Shown: positions 40,073 to 53,219 of the stretch, one piece after another
How the letters are laid out: each line of letters opens with the position of its first letter
Numbering within the stretch: position 1 is the first letter of the stretch
DNA from: Prorocentrum cordatum
Lineage: Eukaryota
Direction of reading: 5' to 3'
Assembly: GCA_963575745.1 (NCBI GenBank)
Contig: CAUYUJ010000265.1
Location: 62,001-116,080, forward strand
DNA length: 54,080 nt
Translations under genes and position numbers: made by a program
The notes under the pieces: generated by a model
Databases searched by the model: none
Told to the model about the DNA's origin: nothing
Seen by the model: the letters and a program-made list of their open reading frames with translations, nothing else

Positions 40073-41670
40073 TGTTAAGACTGGTCGCTCTCATCTGCTC
40101 GAGTGTCCTTAAACGTGTAGTTCCCAAACCCTCGATACCCGCCCTCTTCGTCTTCGATCGTACCCCCTTTGGGGGTTACATTTTGCTTCCCTGCTGGACG
40201 GGCCCTGGCAAGTGGCGGGGCGGCCGCGGACCGTCGGCCTGGCCAGCGGCAGCGCTGACCGGCGGCAACCCGACCCCAGGAGGGACGGACAGGGGATCGA
40301 CCACGACGACGACGACGACGACGACGAGCGCAAGCGCGAGCGAGAGCGAGAGCGACAGCGGGGTCACGAAGGGCAGTGATGGGGCCAAGAAGGGCAGCAA
40401 GGGGGCCACGAAATGCGACAGCGGCGCCACACGAAGGGCGCGAACAAGCGGGGACCACGAAGGGCAGATGATGCAGGGCCACAAAAGGCAACGACGGGAC
40501 CACTGAGGGTAGCAACGGGGCCACGTAGGGCAGCGACTGAGCCACAAAGGGCGACAGCGGGGCCACCAAGGGCATGCATATGGGGCCACGACGGGCGCGA
40601 ACGAGCGGAGCCCCGAAGGTTATACGTATATTGGGCCGCACAGGGCAAGGACGGGGCCACTGAGGACAGCGACGGGACCACGAAGGGCAACGAGGGGGCA
40701 GCGGGGTTAGGAAACGCATGCGTATGGAGCCACGACGGGCGCAAACGAGCGGAGGCCACGAAGGGCGGACACATATGGGGCCACGGAGGGCAGCAAGGGG
40801 GCCACGAAAGGCTGCAACGGGGCCACGAAGGGCAGCGAGGGGGCCACAAAGGGCTGCAACGGGGCCACGAAGGGCAGCGAGGGGGCCACGAAGGACTGCA
40901 ACGGGGCCACGAAGGGCAGCGAGGAGGCCACGAAGGGCTGCAACGGGCCACGAAGGGCAGCGAAGGGGCGACGACGGGCTGCAACAGGGCCACGAAGGGC
41001 AGCGAGGAGGCCACGAAAGGCTGCAACGGGGCCACGAACACGAAAGACTGCAACGGGGCCACGAAGGGCATCGACGGGGCCACAAAGGGCTGCAACGGGG
41101 CCACGAAGGGTAGCGAGGGGGCCACGAACGGCTGCAACGGGGCCACGAAGAGCAGCGAGAGGCCACGAACGGCTGCAACGGGGCCACGAAAGGTAGCGAG
41201 ATCCCGGTTCCAAAATAAGCTGCGAGGGAGCCCTAAGCGTGAGCGCGACTCCTGGGTGCCTGAATGTCGGGGGCGCGACGCTTGAGAAAATTGCGGTGGA
41301 TTCTAACGCAAGAGTGCGATTGCTGAGTAAATTGCAAGCAAATCTCCAGCGACAGCGCGACTCTAGAGCGCCGAGAAAAGTAACTCTTGAATAAATGGTA
41401 AGGAAGTCCCAAGCGAGAGCGCGACGCTTGAGTAAAATGCAAAGCAGTCTCAGGCGGGACCGGGGGTCCTAGATAAACTATGAAGCTGTCTCAGGCGGGA
41501 GCCGTTGTTTCTTGTCATCCGGGGGCCAAAGGCGCAGTTTGAGCCTAGCGGCATTCCCTGATAAAGAAAACCGGGTACAGGCCCCGAGGGAAGCACTTCG
41601 ATTGAAAAACACAATGGTCACCGGAGAGGGGATCAACACACATTGTTCTTCATGAAATCCTGAGAGGTCA
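40073..41670 (+). mobile_element. (CAA)n-flanked repeat family A, copy 2
   Basis: Same modules as 36268-37280 with an expanded 21-bp array. Confidence 0.75.
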
Positions 41671-41743
41671 ATTACAACAACAGCAACAACAACAACAACA
41701 ACAACAACAACAGCAGCAACAGCAACAGCAACAGCAACAACAA

Positions 41744-42007
41744 TGTTAAGACTGGTCGCTCTCATCTGCTCGAGTATCCTTAAACGTGTAGTTCCCAAAC
41801 CCTCGATACCCGCCCTCTTCGTCTTCGATCGACCCCCTTTTGGGGTGGATACCTTTCTTCCCTGCAGGCCGGGCCCCGGCAAGCGGCGGGGCGGCCGCGG
41901 ACCGTCGGCCTGCCCAGCGGCAACGCTGATCGGCGGGGCGGCCGCGGACCGTCGACCCGACCCTAAGAGGGACGGACAGGGGACCGACCACGAGGACGAC
42001 GACGACG

Positions 42008-42046
<39 letters not shown>

Positions 42047-43560
42047 TCGAAGACGACGGCGACGACGGCAACGACGAGCGAAAGAGAGAGCGAGAGAGAA
42101 CGACAGCAGGGCCACAAGGACACGAAGTAGGCCACGAAGGGCGACAGCCGGGACACGAAGGAAATGCGTATGGGGCCGCGAAGAGCGCGAACGAGCGGGG
42201 GCCACGAAGGGCATACGTATACTGGGCCGCGGAGGGCAAGGACGGGGCCACAGGGCAGCAACGGGGCCACGAAGGGCAGCGAGGGGGCCACGAAGGGCAG
42301 CGAGGGGGCCACGAAGGGCGACAGCGGGGCCACGAAGGGCAGGAAAAGGGCCACGAAGGGCGACAACGGGACCACGAAGGGCATGCGCATGGGGCCACGA
42401 CGGGCGCGAACGATCGGGGGCCACGAAGGGCAGATCATGCGGGGCCACGAAAGGCAACGACGGGGCCACTGAAGGTAGCAACTGGGCCACGTAGGACAGT
42501 GAGGGGGCCACAAACGGCGACAGCGGGGCCACGAAGGGCATGCACATAGGGCCACAACGGGCGCGAACGAACGGGGGCCACGAAGGGCATACGTAAACAG
42601 GGCCGCGGAGGGCAAGGACGGGGCCACTGAGGGCAGCAACGGGGCCACGAAGGGCAGCGAGGGGGCCACGAAGGGCGACACCGGGGCCACGAAGGGCATG
42701 CATATGGAGCCACCACTGGCGCGAACGAGCGGGGGCCACCAAGGGCATACATATATGGGGCCACGAATAGCAGCGAGGGGGCCACGAAGGGCATCGAGGG
42801 GGCCGCGAAGGGCTGCAACGGGGCAACGAAGGGCTGCGACGGGGTCACGAAGGGCAGCGAGGGGGCCACGAAAGGCTGCAACGGGGTCACGAAGGGAAGC
42901 AAGGGGGCCACGAAGGGCTGCAACGGGGCCACGAAGGGAAGCAAGGGGGCCACGAAGGGCTGCAACGGGGCCACGAAGGGCAGCGAGGGGGCCAAGAGGG
43001 GCTGCAACGGGGCCACGGAGGGCAGCGAGGGGGCGGCCACGAAGGGCAGCGAAGGGGCGACGAAGGGCTGCAACAGGGCCACGAAGGGCAGCGAGATCCC
43101 GCTTTTTAGGTAATCTGTGAGGGAGTCCTAAACGTGAGCGCGACTCCTGGGTGCCTGGGTGTCGGGAGCGCGGCGCTTAAGTAAATTGCAGGAATTTCCA
43201 ACGCCAGGGCGCTATCCTTCAGTAAATTGCAAGCAAGTCTCCAACGAGAGCGCGACTCCAGAGCGCCGGGAGAGCGATTCCTGAATAAATTGTAAGGAAG
43301 TCCCAGGCGAGAGTGCGATTCCTGCATAAAATGCAAGGACGTCTCGGGCAGGAGCGGGGGTCCTGGCTAAATTGTGAGGATGTCTCAGGCGGGAGCCGTT
43401 GTTGTTGTAACCCGGGGGCCAACGACACAATTTGACCCTCAAGACTTTCCATGATAAAAGAAACAAGGTGCGAGCCCGGGGAAGGGCACTTCAATCGAGA
43501 AAAGCCATGTGCACCAGACGGGGGGGATCAACAATAATTATTCTTCAGAAATGAGAGTTC
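41744..43560 (+). mobile_element. (CAA)n-flanked repeat family A, copy 3
   Basis: Head nearly identical to copy 2; longest 21-bp array. Confidence 0.75.
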
Positions 43561-43641
43561 AACAACAACAACCACAACCACAACCACAACGACGACGACG
43601 ACAGCAACAACAATAGCAACAACAACAACAACAACAACAAG

Positions 43642-43724
<83 letters not shown>

Positions 43725-43725
<1 letters not shown>

Positions 43726-44800
43726 CATGTGACCCTCATGCGCGATGTTTCCACACGAAGCATGCGACCGTCATGATAACCATCCCCACCATGGGGGATT
43801 ATTGTTCTTTAGCGGGGTCCGTTTTTCCCATTCCCAGGTCTCCCGCCCAATGAGGTCTTGCAAACACCTCCTCCGAGGAATTTCAACATATCCCGCCTCG
43901 AAAACGCATGCACGCGCCTTGCTGCGCCGATACGAGACCGCCAGTGGAGCCCCAGCCAAGGGTAAAGCACAAGGAAGTATCGAGCGACAGGATTGCCTTG
44001 GTGGGGATGGCGGCTGCCGGCAGCGAGGCAAGGACCTGGACCTGAATAGAAAAAGAGAAGTCTCGAGCAGGGCCGCTGTTGTTGCTGGGAGCGGCGCCAA
44101 TGCTGAAGAGAGTAGGGCGCTAGTCCAGCGTAAAACAAAACGAACTCTCGAGCGGGAACGCTGGTTTTGTTGGGACAGCGGTTGTCGGCGGCGAGGAGGA
44201 ACACCGCCTTGAATAAGAAGGGGGGAAGCCTCGAGCGGGAGCCGTGGTTTTGCCGGGACGGGGGCTGTCGGCGGCGAGGAACAGCACCGTCCTGAGGGAA
44301 AAGGGAGGAAGCCGCGAGAGGGACCGTTGTTCTTGCTGGGAGCGGCGCCAATTCAAAAAAAAGTATCCAGCATGAAACGGAAGAAAGTCTCGGGCGGGAG
44401 CGCTGGTTTTGTCGGGACGGCGGTTTTCGGCGGCGAGGAGGAGCACCGCCTTGAGTAAAAAAGAAAGGAAGTCTCGAGCGGGGGCGTTGTTGTTGCCGGG
44501 GGCGGCGCCGATGAGAGAAAGAGTAGCGCGCCAGTCCAAGGTAAAAAGGGAGGAAGTCTCGAGCGGTAGCGCTGGTTTTGTTTGGACGGCGGCTTTCGGC
44601 GGCGAGCAAGAGCACCAGCCCTGAGTAAAACAGGAGGAAGTCTCGGGCGGGAGCGTTGTTGTTGGTGTTGTTGTTGTTGTTGTTCTGGGGGGGCAGTTTT
44701 GGCGCCCCCCCCAAACCGCTCGATGTAGGCGGTGCCGAGACGAGAGCGTCAAAGCGTCTGAGGGGATCCAGCTATAATAATTGGTAAGTTCTTAGCACTC
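43725..44800 (+). repeat. (CAA)n-flanked unit C with ~83-bp subrepeats
   Basis: aagtctcgagcgggagcg recurs about every 83 bp from 44058 to 44640; motif related to the family A 3' subrepeats. Confidence 0.65.
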
Positions 44801-44816
44801 AACAACCACAACAACC

Positions 44817-44865
<49 letters not shown>

Positions 44866-45012
44866 CGACAACGACAACAACAACAATAACAACAACAAAA
44901 GCAACAACAACAACAACAACAACAACAACAGCAACAACAACCACAACAACAACGACGACGACGACGACGACGACAACAACAACAACAACAGCAGCATCAC
45001 CATAGCCTTCAC

Positions 45013-45058
<46 letters not shown>

Positions 45059-45626
45059 ATCATCATCAGCAGCATCAGCATAATCATAAACATTATCAGC
45101 ATCATCATCGTAAGCAGCACCGTCATCATCAGCATCATCAGCATCACCATCATCATAATCATCATCATCACCACCAACTTAATCATCATCAACATTATCA
45201 TAGCATCAGCATCACCATCAGCATCAGCATCATAATCATCATCAGCAGCATCAGCATCATAGTCATCATCAGCAGCAGCATCAGCATCATCATCAGCATC
45301 ATCTTCGTCGTCAGCCTCGTCGTCCTCAGCAACGTCACCATGATCATCATCAGGAGCAACAGCAGCATCCTAATGATTACCATCATCACCACCATCAACA
45401 TCATAATAGTCATCATCAGCAGCAGCAGTATCAGCATCATCCCCATCAGCATGGGCATCAGCATCCTCATCCACGTCCTAATCATCAGCATCATCATCAC
45501 CACCACCACCATCATCGTCGTCATCCTCATCATCATCGGCATCATCATCATAATCATCAGCATCACCATCATCACCATCGCCACCTCCATCATCATCATC
45601 ACCATCATCATCAGCATCAGCATTAG

Positions 45627-45664
<38 letters not shown>

Positions 45665-45665
45665 G
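44801..45665. repeat. (CAA)n then (CAT/CAG)n low-complexity tract
   Basis: Seen directly. Confidence 0.92.
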
Positions 45666-47832
45666 TGGGAGCTAAATCCTCCGCATCACCCTCCTCGTTC
45701 TCCCCCTCCACAACTGAATGCGGCACCGAGGCACATGCACGGCCTCTCTGACTGTCTCTGCAGCTGAATCCAGCCAGCCCCCTAGCCAAGCGCATCCTTC
45801 TCCCTATCCCTTCCTCCCTCCTTTCCTTCCCTATCTGCTCCCTTCACCTGCCCAGAAGTGTCACGCCTCCATCTCTGGTCCTCGCTTCATCCCCCTAATC
45901 GTCCATCCTCCTTCTCAACCTCCTCTCCAAAACCATGGACCTTCTCTCCTGCGAGGGTTCCCCATGCACCAACCCCCTCTCGGAAGGGGGGAAGGAGGAA
46001 AGGAGGACGAACGGAACAAAGAGGAAGGAGAAGAGGATAAAGAAGAATTCAGACAAAACGGAGGGGATGTGTCTCACCCTTCCGTTCTCATCCCTTATTC
46101 CTGCCTCCATCCCTACTCAGTTTCGCCTTCTCTTCCCAGGCATGGAGGAGAAAGGAGCAGAAGAAAGGAGGAGAAATTAGGAGGGAATACCAGAATGGAG
46201 GAGGATGGAGGATGAAACAGGACAAGGGAGAAGTGAGGAGGGAAGAAGCAAGAGCACGAACGGCGAGGAGAAAGGAGAGAGAGAGAGAGGGAGGTAAGGC
46301 TCGACCGCCTTCCCTCCTCTTCCTCCACCTCCTCTCCTACCCCCTCCGCCCTCATCTGTTACTCTTGTTGTTCATCCTCCCTTCTGCTCGTTTCCGCCCT
46401 CCTCCTCCTCCTCCTTATCCTCCTTTTTCCTCGCTCCTCCGCCTCCTCCTCCTCCTCCTCCGCCTCCTCCTTATCCTCAGCGCGTCGCCATGGTATGAGG
46501 GTGAATGGTTCGGAAGGAAGATGCTGAGGGGGGGGAACATCGACCTGGAAACGGCGACGCATCGCCGATCGATCGGCGATGAGCCCCCGTGGCGAAACCG
46601 CACGTTCCTGGGTGGGCAACCAGGCCCCTATAGGCGCTGAATGGCCGATCGGGGGTCGACGCATGTCTCAGCCAATCCCCCCTAACGTTGCCCCTGAAGA
46701 TCATCCTCGTCCTCCTCGAAAAGGATGAACGGCAATGTCGGGGATCTACTGGCCTGGGTCAATGCAAACACGGGTCAGTCAGGCCTTGCAGGATCCTGCA
46801 AAATCCTGCAGGATCCTGCAGGATCCTGCATCCAAGCCCGGGTCAGTGCACCCCTGGCCCTACAGGATCCTACAGGATACAGCTCCGACTGACCCCCGTT
46901 TGCACTGACCCCCGTCTCTTGAGCCAGGACAACGCAGCAGATGGGCGACTCTGGAAACCCTGGCTCGAAAAATCTTGACGTTTTACTGAAACTTCCGCCG
47001 CCGTTCGCCGAGCTCACGGCAGAAGGAACGCCGCCGTCTTACTTCCGCCGCGCTCCGTAGGCATTCCGCCAGCTTCCGCCGAGGGTGAGGAGGCACCGAG
47101 GGCGATGGCCCTTCCAGAAACGTCTCATATGGGAACGCAGAGGGCTTCGAGTGCTGCATGTCCTGAACGTGCGAGGGCAGTCCGCCAATGCACGGAACTG
47201 CAACCTGAGTACGATCGAAGTCGGATAGGTATGCAGTGCACGCGGACGCGTGCCTGGCCTGCTCTGGGAGGAGGAGCAGGAGGAGGAGGCGGAGGAGGAG
47301 GAGGAGGAGGAGGAGGAGGAGGAGGAGGAGGGAGGGAGGGAGGGAGGGAGGAGGAGCAGGAGGAGGCGGCGGCGGTGGATCTGCATGTGTCCAAGCCTTC
47401 AGCTCCTCAGCAACAACCGGACGCAGGGCACATGATGAGCACTATGCCCATATCGGTGACAAACTGAACGGAGGTCCCCTCCCATCGATCGACTGGGAAC
47501 ACCTCGATCGAAGCACAGGGTTCTTCTCAACAGTGGGGGTCGAAAGTGTATACATGATTAAAAACAACCACGCATACACAGGAACCTGCAAGCACGATTA
47601 CCGACAATCTAGCAGACAGGGGAGAGTTATCTTCCACGTCCTCGCCCTCGCCCTTTTCCAACGGTTTTTTGGCACGCGGCGGGGGAGGGGGGTTCCACTC
47701 TCCTTGACATCGAACCCCACCCCACTCAAGAATGGATCCTGAGGTCGGAGAGCGGAGGGCGGGCGGGAGGGTCGGAGGAAGGGGGACGGAGGAGGGGGAC
47801 GAGGAGGATCCACTCACGGGGGGAATCACTAC

Positions 47833-48235
47833 TCAGGACTTGCGATGGCGCGACCCCTTGACCAATTTCTCCAGGGAGTTCTGAACCCGTGGATTCCGGG
47901 GGGCCTCCGTATTTTTAGCGTACTCCCGAGACCTATGAGCAGGCTGGAGATCACTACACTCAGAGGAACGATGATACCTAGTTTCGTCACCACTGACGTG
48001 TTGATGAAGAACGCGGGGCGCACTAGCTCGGGCTCTCCCTCCTTCGTGAAGGCCGACTTGGCCCGCCAATACTTCAAGAACTTGCATGCTACCTCGAAAG
48101 GCTGGGCGGTCAGAAACTCCAGGAGCGACTTGAGCTGAGCAAGGGGCCCTGCATGGGCCGCGTTGCTCTTCAGGGTCTCGTAATCCACCAGTGCCGTGAG
48201 ACACGCTAGAGCCACATTGGTACTCGGGGGGCCTG
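47833..48235 (-). pseudogene. Coding-like remnant, possibly the C-terminus of a LINE ORF1-type protein
   Basis: Complex peptide LKSLLEFL...KFLKYWRAKSAFTKEGEPELVR...LIGLGSTLK/(frameshift)TEAPRNPRVQNSLEKLVKG between GGA tracts; family assignment is only a recalled resemblance. Confidence 0.35.
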
Positions 48236-49130
48236 TCTTGGGAGGAGGAAGCAGGGAAAGCAGGAGGGGAGGAAGGAAGAGGGGAGGAGGAAGCGAAGAG
48301 GACGTTTGTTGGAGGGCGAGGGGTGAGCTGGGGGCCTCTGGGGGTCCGGGGAGACCTCCTGCCTCTGCTCCCCCTTCGACCTCCTCCTCCCTCCTCCCAA
48401 TCATCAAATCATATTTCCACCTGGTCATCATCCTCACCTGCACCATCATGAACCACTGCATTCTTACGACTACTGATACTATCAGTTACCACACCCTTCC
48501 TATCAATCATATGTGCGCTGATGCTTTGACTGCTGTTGTACATCGTGAAAGGCTACCATTACAACCACAACCACCACTACCGTGATCATTCTTATGAAAC
48601 CCACTTGACAAGCATATCACCACCATCATCCTCGCAGTCATCATCCGAGTCCTCGACCTAAGCATGGACAATGTTAAAATACTCATAAACATAATCGACC
48701 TCATCTGAATCATCATCGGAATCGTCATCGACATAACCATCATCGCCATCACCGCCATCGTCGCCCTAAGATTGATCATCAACAACAACGGCATCACCTG
48801 TATCACCAGATCATCATCAGCAGCAGCAGCAGCATCATCATGCTCATCTTCATCGTCGTCGCCGTCGTCATGGTGGTCGTTGTCTTTAACTCCATCTTTA
48901 TCTTCAGATTCAGATTCATCCTCGATTCCTCCCTCCCTCCTTCTCTCCCCCTGCCCATCTTGCAGGCGAAGCTTCGGCCGCTGCTGCAACTGCTCTTCCA
49001 CCGCCGCCTCTTCCCGCTTCCCCTCGGCCTCCCATCCCCTCGTTCCCTTTTCCTCCTCTAGTGAATAATCTGCCTGCAGGCAGACAAAACTCGCAGCAAT
49101 GATAGATGAGCTGGAAGTTTGAATACTCGC

Positions 49131-49290
49131 CAGCGGACACACTGTCTGTTCATGCCGATCCGCCATCTCGTAGGTACCGAACGCTGCGCCGCAGTACTGG
49201 CATCTCCATACCGTTGTCGTCCCTCGCCACGGGCGCTGCGTTTGCCAATCAGCATCCCGCTCGATTCTCGAATAGTCATAAACTCCAATC
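49131..49290 (-). CDS. Candidate exon or gene fragment encoding a C2HC/C2H2-like zinc finger
   Basis: WRCQYCGAAFGTYEMADRHEQTVC (49137-49208; Cx2Cx3Fx8Hx4C); bounded by TTTTTTTGGGCAG|G and G|GCGAGT. Confidence 0.5.
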
Positions 49291-49559
49291 CTGCCCAAAA
49301 AAACTGGGCCGCAACATCAGACGTTCTACGAAAAGAGACCCTGTTTGGCTGGAGAATGCGCAATACGACAAACGAGTGGGCGACACAAACCAGCGAAAAT
49401 TCGCGCATGGAAGATACGCACGATCCGCGACTGAGAAGGGAAGACGGAGGACGGACCAAAGGGGTCATAGACTGAGAATACTGGACAGGATGTTCACCCT
49501 ATAGCTCGTAAAGGACGCAATCGTAGCGTAATCTTGCCGGGCATGCAATGCCGCGTAGG

Positions 49560-49990
49560 GTCGTGCTGGGCCGTGCCGTGCCTCGTCGTGCTCCCTGCTC
49601 GTCGTTCCGTCGTGCCGTGAAGGCGTGATGTCGTGGCGTGCTGTGCCGTGCATTGCATGTCACGCCGTGCAGCTTCGTGTCGTGACCCCAGAAATGAAAC
49701 TTCAATTGGCGCGCCGTGCTATGGCGTGCCGATCCGTGCCCGCATTGCGTAGTGCCGCCAGCTCGTGGTGCCGTCGGGGGCGCCATGCCGCCTCGCGTCG
49801 TGCTCAATAGTCGTACTTCCGTCTGGGATGCCGTGACATAGTGTGTCATGACATGCACCGTCGTGTCGCGCTACCATGTTATGACTTCGCTGGAGTGACG
49901 TGCCATTTCGTGTCGCGCCATGCCATTGACGAACCTTGCTCTCGAGTCGCATGTTTCTGCCTGCCGTGCCGTGCCTTTCCGGTCTCGTCT
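49560..49990. repeat. Degenerate pentamer array (CGTGC/CGTGT)
   Basis: gccgt/gtcgt/gccat 5-bp register. Confidence 0.75.
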
Positions 49991-50033
49991 CGTAAGAAAA
50001 GAAGCACTGCATCAACATATAAGCTCTCAGAGC

Positions 50034-50121
50034 TCCGCACGGATTTCGTAGATCGGCATGGCACCCTCCCTCTCTGGCGCGCGGAGCGGCGCCCAGCGCC
50101 GATCCACGAAATCCGCGCGGA
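50034..50121. repeat. 24-bp inverted repeat (hairpin family, copy 2, opposite orientation)
   Basis: tccgcacggatttcgtagatcggc / gccgatccacgaaatccgcgcgga, 2 mismatches; flank homologous to 22584-22606. Confidence 0.85.
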
Positions 50122-50689
50122 CCTCCGAAAGTTTGTGTCTATGCTGGTTGCGTTTTGCGTGTCTCCTGCTGTTCCTCTTGCTACGAGTCCTCTCTAGATT
50201 CGTCTCATCATTGCCACTCTTCATTACTAAGTTTAATCCTTATTCTTATTATCCGCTGGGCGTGCAAGGCCGTGCCGCGCCGTGGCTCGTCACGCTCCCA
50301 TACCTTGGACACCGGCGGGCAGCAGGCCGTTGCAGTTCCCAGACCCCCCCGTGGACAAACCCCAAGGACCACCCTGCCCTCAAGGGGGTTTCTGGGAGGG
50401 GTACAGGGGGGGGTCCCTCCAGAACCCCCCCTCGGGGGGGGTTCTTGGAGGGGGCACGGGCGGGGGAGCTGGGCTGTCCCCCCATGAGCCCCCCCCACCC
50501 CCCCCACGGGTAGTTTTTGAAGGGATTCGGGGGGAGCGGTCCCCCCAGGACCCCCCCCTCAAGGGAAGCTCCTGGGGGGTTGAAGGATGTTGGTTGGTTT
50601 TTCCCCCAAGAACCCCCCCTCAAGGGTGGTTTCTGTGGGGGATAGGGCGGGTTGGTGGGTTTCCCCCCCAGGAAGTTCCCTTCAAAGCG

Positions 50690-51500
50690 GGTTGGGACCT
50701 CCTGCGGCCCTCTTGGGGCTCTCTTGGGAACCTTTGGAACCCTCAGGAGCCCCTATTGGGCAGTCTTGGAGCCCACTTGGGACGTCTTGGGGCCGTCTTG
50801 GGGGCCTCTTGGGCCGTCTTGGGGCTGTCTTCGGGGCCATTTGGGCCGTCTTGGACGCTGTGAAGACCGAAGAAGCAAATATGCTAAATAAATACACATA
50901 TTCATCAGGGAATGGCCCAAGATGGCCTCCAAGACAGCCCTGGAGCACCCCAAGAAGGTCGCAAGTCGGCCCAGAGAGGCCCCCAAGATGGCGTCCGGCA
51001 GCGTCAGACTGACCAGGAGGCCACCAAGACGGCCCAAGATGGCTCAAAGATGGCTCAAAGATGGCCCAAGAGGCTCCCAAGAGGTCCCCAAGAGGTCTTC
51101 AAGACGGCCCAAGAGGGCTTCTAAAAAGGCCCGAAGAGGCCAAAATATACGTGTTTCAACCAGCGTTTGAAGGACTTCGGCATTTGCGTCTTGTCGGTCT
51201 TCCGACGGTCCGAGACGGCCCAAGAGCCCTCAAAGATCGCCCCAAGATCGCCCAAGAGGCATCCAAGATAGCGCCAGAACGGCCCACCGAGGCCCCCAAG
51301 ACGGCCCCAACAGGGCCCCAAGACGGCCCGAGAGGCCCCCAAAACGCCCAAGATGACCTCCAAGACGGCCCTGGAGCACCCCAAGAAGGTCCCAAGTCGG
51401 CCCAGAGAGGCCCCCATGAGGGCCAGGAGGCCACCGAGACGGCCCAAGATGGCTCAAAGATGGCCCAAGACGGCCAAAGATGCCCCCGAGAAGCCCCAAA
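50690..51500. repeat. GGCCCAAGA-type repeat with orientation switch and internal ~150-bp duplication
   Basis: tcttggggcc up to ~50855, then ggcccaaga; 50917-51070 is duplicated at 51348-51470. Confidence 0.8.
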
Positions 51501-51559
51501 GGGCCCTCGAGAGGCTGGCGTCATCCTCTTCGGCCTCGAAATTCGGCCGTTTCTTGCCC

Positions 51560-51900
51560 AGTCCCCTTACGCGTTCCTTATTTGCTCTCGCCCTCGATGT
51601 ACATGCTCGTGCGCCACCCAGATTTCTCGTGGGGTGCGTTGCGTTCAAACTTCGAGGCGGGCCCGACGACGTGGCGACGAGAACGCCACCCGGCGACTCC
51701 GAAGAAATGTTGACGGAAATCGCGTGCCCTCTTCGTTGGACCCTGCGTCCGCAGTTTTTTTTGTTTTTCACTCGATCGTTGATCCCCCCCTGGGACGAAG
51801 ACGGAGCCGCTACCCCTGCGGCCCTAAAGAACTCCACTGGCACAGCATGCATACCACGAGCAGCAAGCAAGATGGTCTTGTCCGCAGGAGTCGTCACGGC
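51560..51900 (-). pseudogene. Possible highly decayed LINE RT N-terminal fragment
   Basis: AARGMHAVPVEFFRAAG resembles KAxGxDxxPxE; SESPGGVLVA resembles PxxWKGGxL; frameshifted REIWVAHEH resembles RxIxL. Confidence 0.35.
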
Positions 51901-52439
51901 CTGCGCGTTGATTGTTTGGCACCGCTTGGATCGTCCAGCCATGAACGATCGCACATTCCCGCTCAACACCGGCCGATTCCTGACCACTGGCCGCGTTCAT
52001 TCCGAACGCCCGCGCCGATGTCGACGCCGCGCCGACACGACGTCAACCTACCGTGATTGAGGGAAAGTTGTTTCCTCGGGGACGTTTTCTCTACTCGGGG
52101 ATGTTTTTCAGGCCCTCGGGGTGACAGCGGCTCCTGGAGGCCGTTGTCGAACCAAAACCTCCGAAGATTGCAAAAGCTTCAAGAAACGTGGCGGTTTCCA
52201 GCGGCTCCCAACGGCATGAAACCAACAAATATATGAGCCATCGTAGACCACGAAGAATGAGGTGTTGAACTCCAGCGGTGGAAGTTCTGCGGCTTAAACT
52301 ATAAGATGTGAACTAGGTTGTGGCAACCATGTGGTGTGAGCTATGCTGTGAAAGCTCTTCGGTGTTAGCTATGTGGTGGTAGCTATTGCCTCGCTCTCGC
52401 CTGGCCTTGCGAACTGTTTCCCGTCTGCCGCAGCTTGTT

Positions 52440-53040
52440 TTGCGGAGGCTCCTCGTTGGAGAACCTCTTGGGAGCCTCACGAATCCCTCTCAACGGCTGT
52501 GGGGACCTCTGGAGGCCTCCTGGGCGCCTTTCTGGGCCGTCTTGGCAATCCTTTTGAAGCACGTTTCGGCCGACTTAGGTCTGGTCCCTCTTGGGCCGTG
52601 CTGTGGCCTTGTTGGGGAAAATTGGGTCCTCTAGTTACGGGCATTATTGGGGCCATCTTAGGCCCTCCTGGGGACCTCCCATGGCCTTCGCGGGCCTCTT
52701 GGGAACCTTTGGGGCCTCTTGAGCTTCTTTGGGGCCGTCTTGGGGCAGTCTTGGAGCAGTCTTGGAGCCCTCTTGGGCTATATTGAAACGGCATTTTGGG
52801 CTTCTTGCTTGGGCGATCTCGGAGGCCTCTTGGGCCGTCGTGAACGCTGCTACGGCAAAAAAGCGAATATGCTGAAAATGCACTATTTCTCAAGGGTGTG
52901 AAAAGATGGTTGCAGCTTGGGAGCCCTCCTGAAGGCCTCTTTAAGCGTCTTGGGGGCCTCTTGGGCCGTCTTGGGGGCCTCGTGGGTCGTCTTGAGGCCG
53001 TCCTGCACTGTCCCAGGGGGCTGCCCTGCGCCTTTTCGAC
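52440..53040 (-). repeat. GGCCCAAGA-type repeat, minus orientation
   Basis: tcttgggccg/tcttgggggcc recur; gcgaatatgctgaaa (~52863) is shared with ~50875. Confidence 0.75.
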
Positions 53041-53219
53041 AACTTTCTGATTGCTCTGGGTATGCAAGGCCCGGCAAGGCGCCCTGGGAGGCGCAGCAGG
53101 GGCTGGGGGACCTCTTTTTAAAGGCGTACGGGGGGCACCAAAACCCCCGATCCCGGGGATCTGTTTTTTTTTTGGGGGGGGCACGGTGTTCTCCGCCCCC
53201 CGCGGCTTGCAAAAATGCA

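Noticed and set aside
46918..46926. SL-like TGGCTCAAG on the minus strand
   Set aside because: Only 9 nt, with no downstream coding sequence
47380..47720. Plus-strand complex peptide (DEHYAHIG...VYMIKNN), possibly a LINE C-terminal remnant
   Set aside because: Similarity too vague to call
52000..52040. GVDIGAGV resembling dUTPase motif 3
   Set aside because: Other dUTPase motifs absent; likely chance
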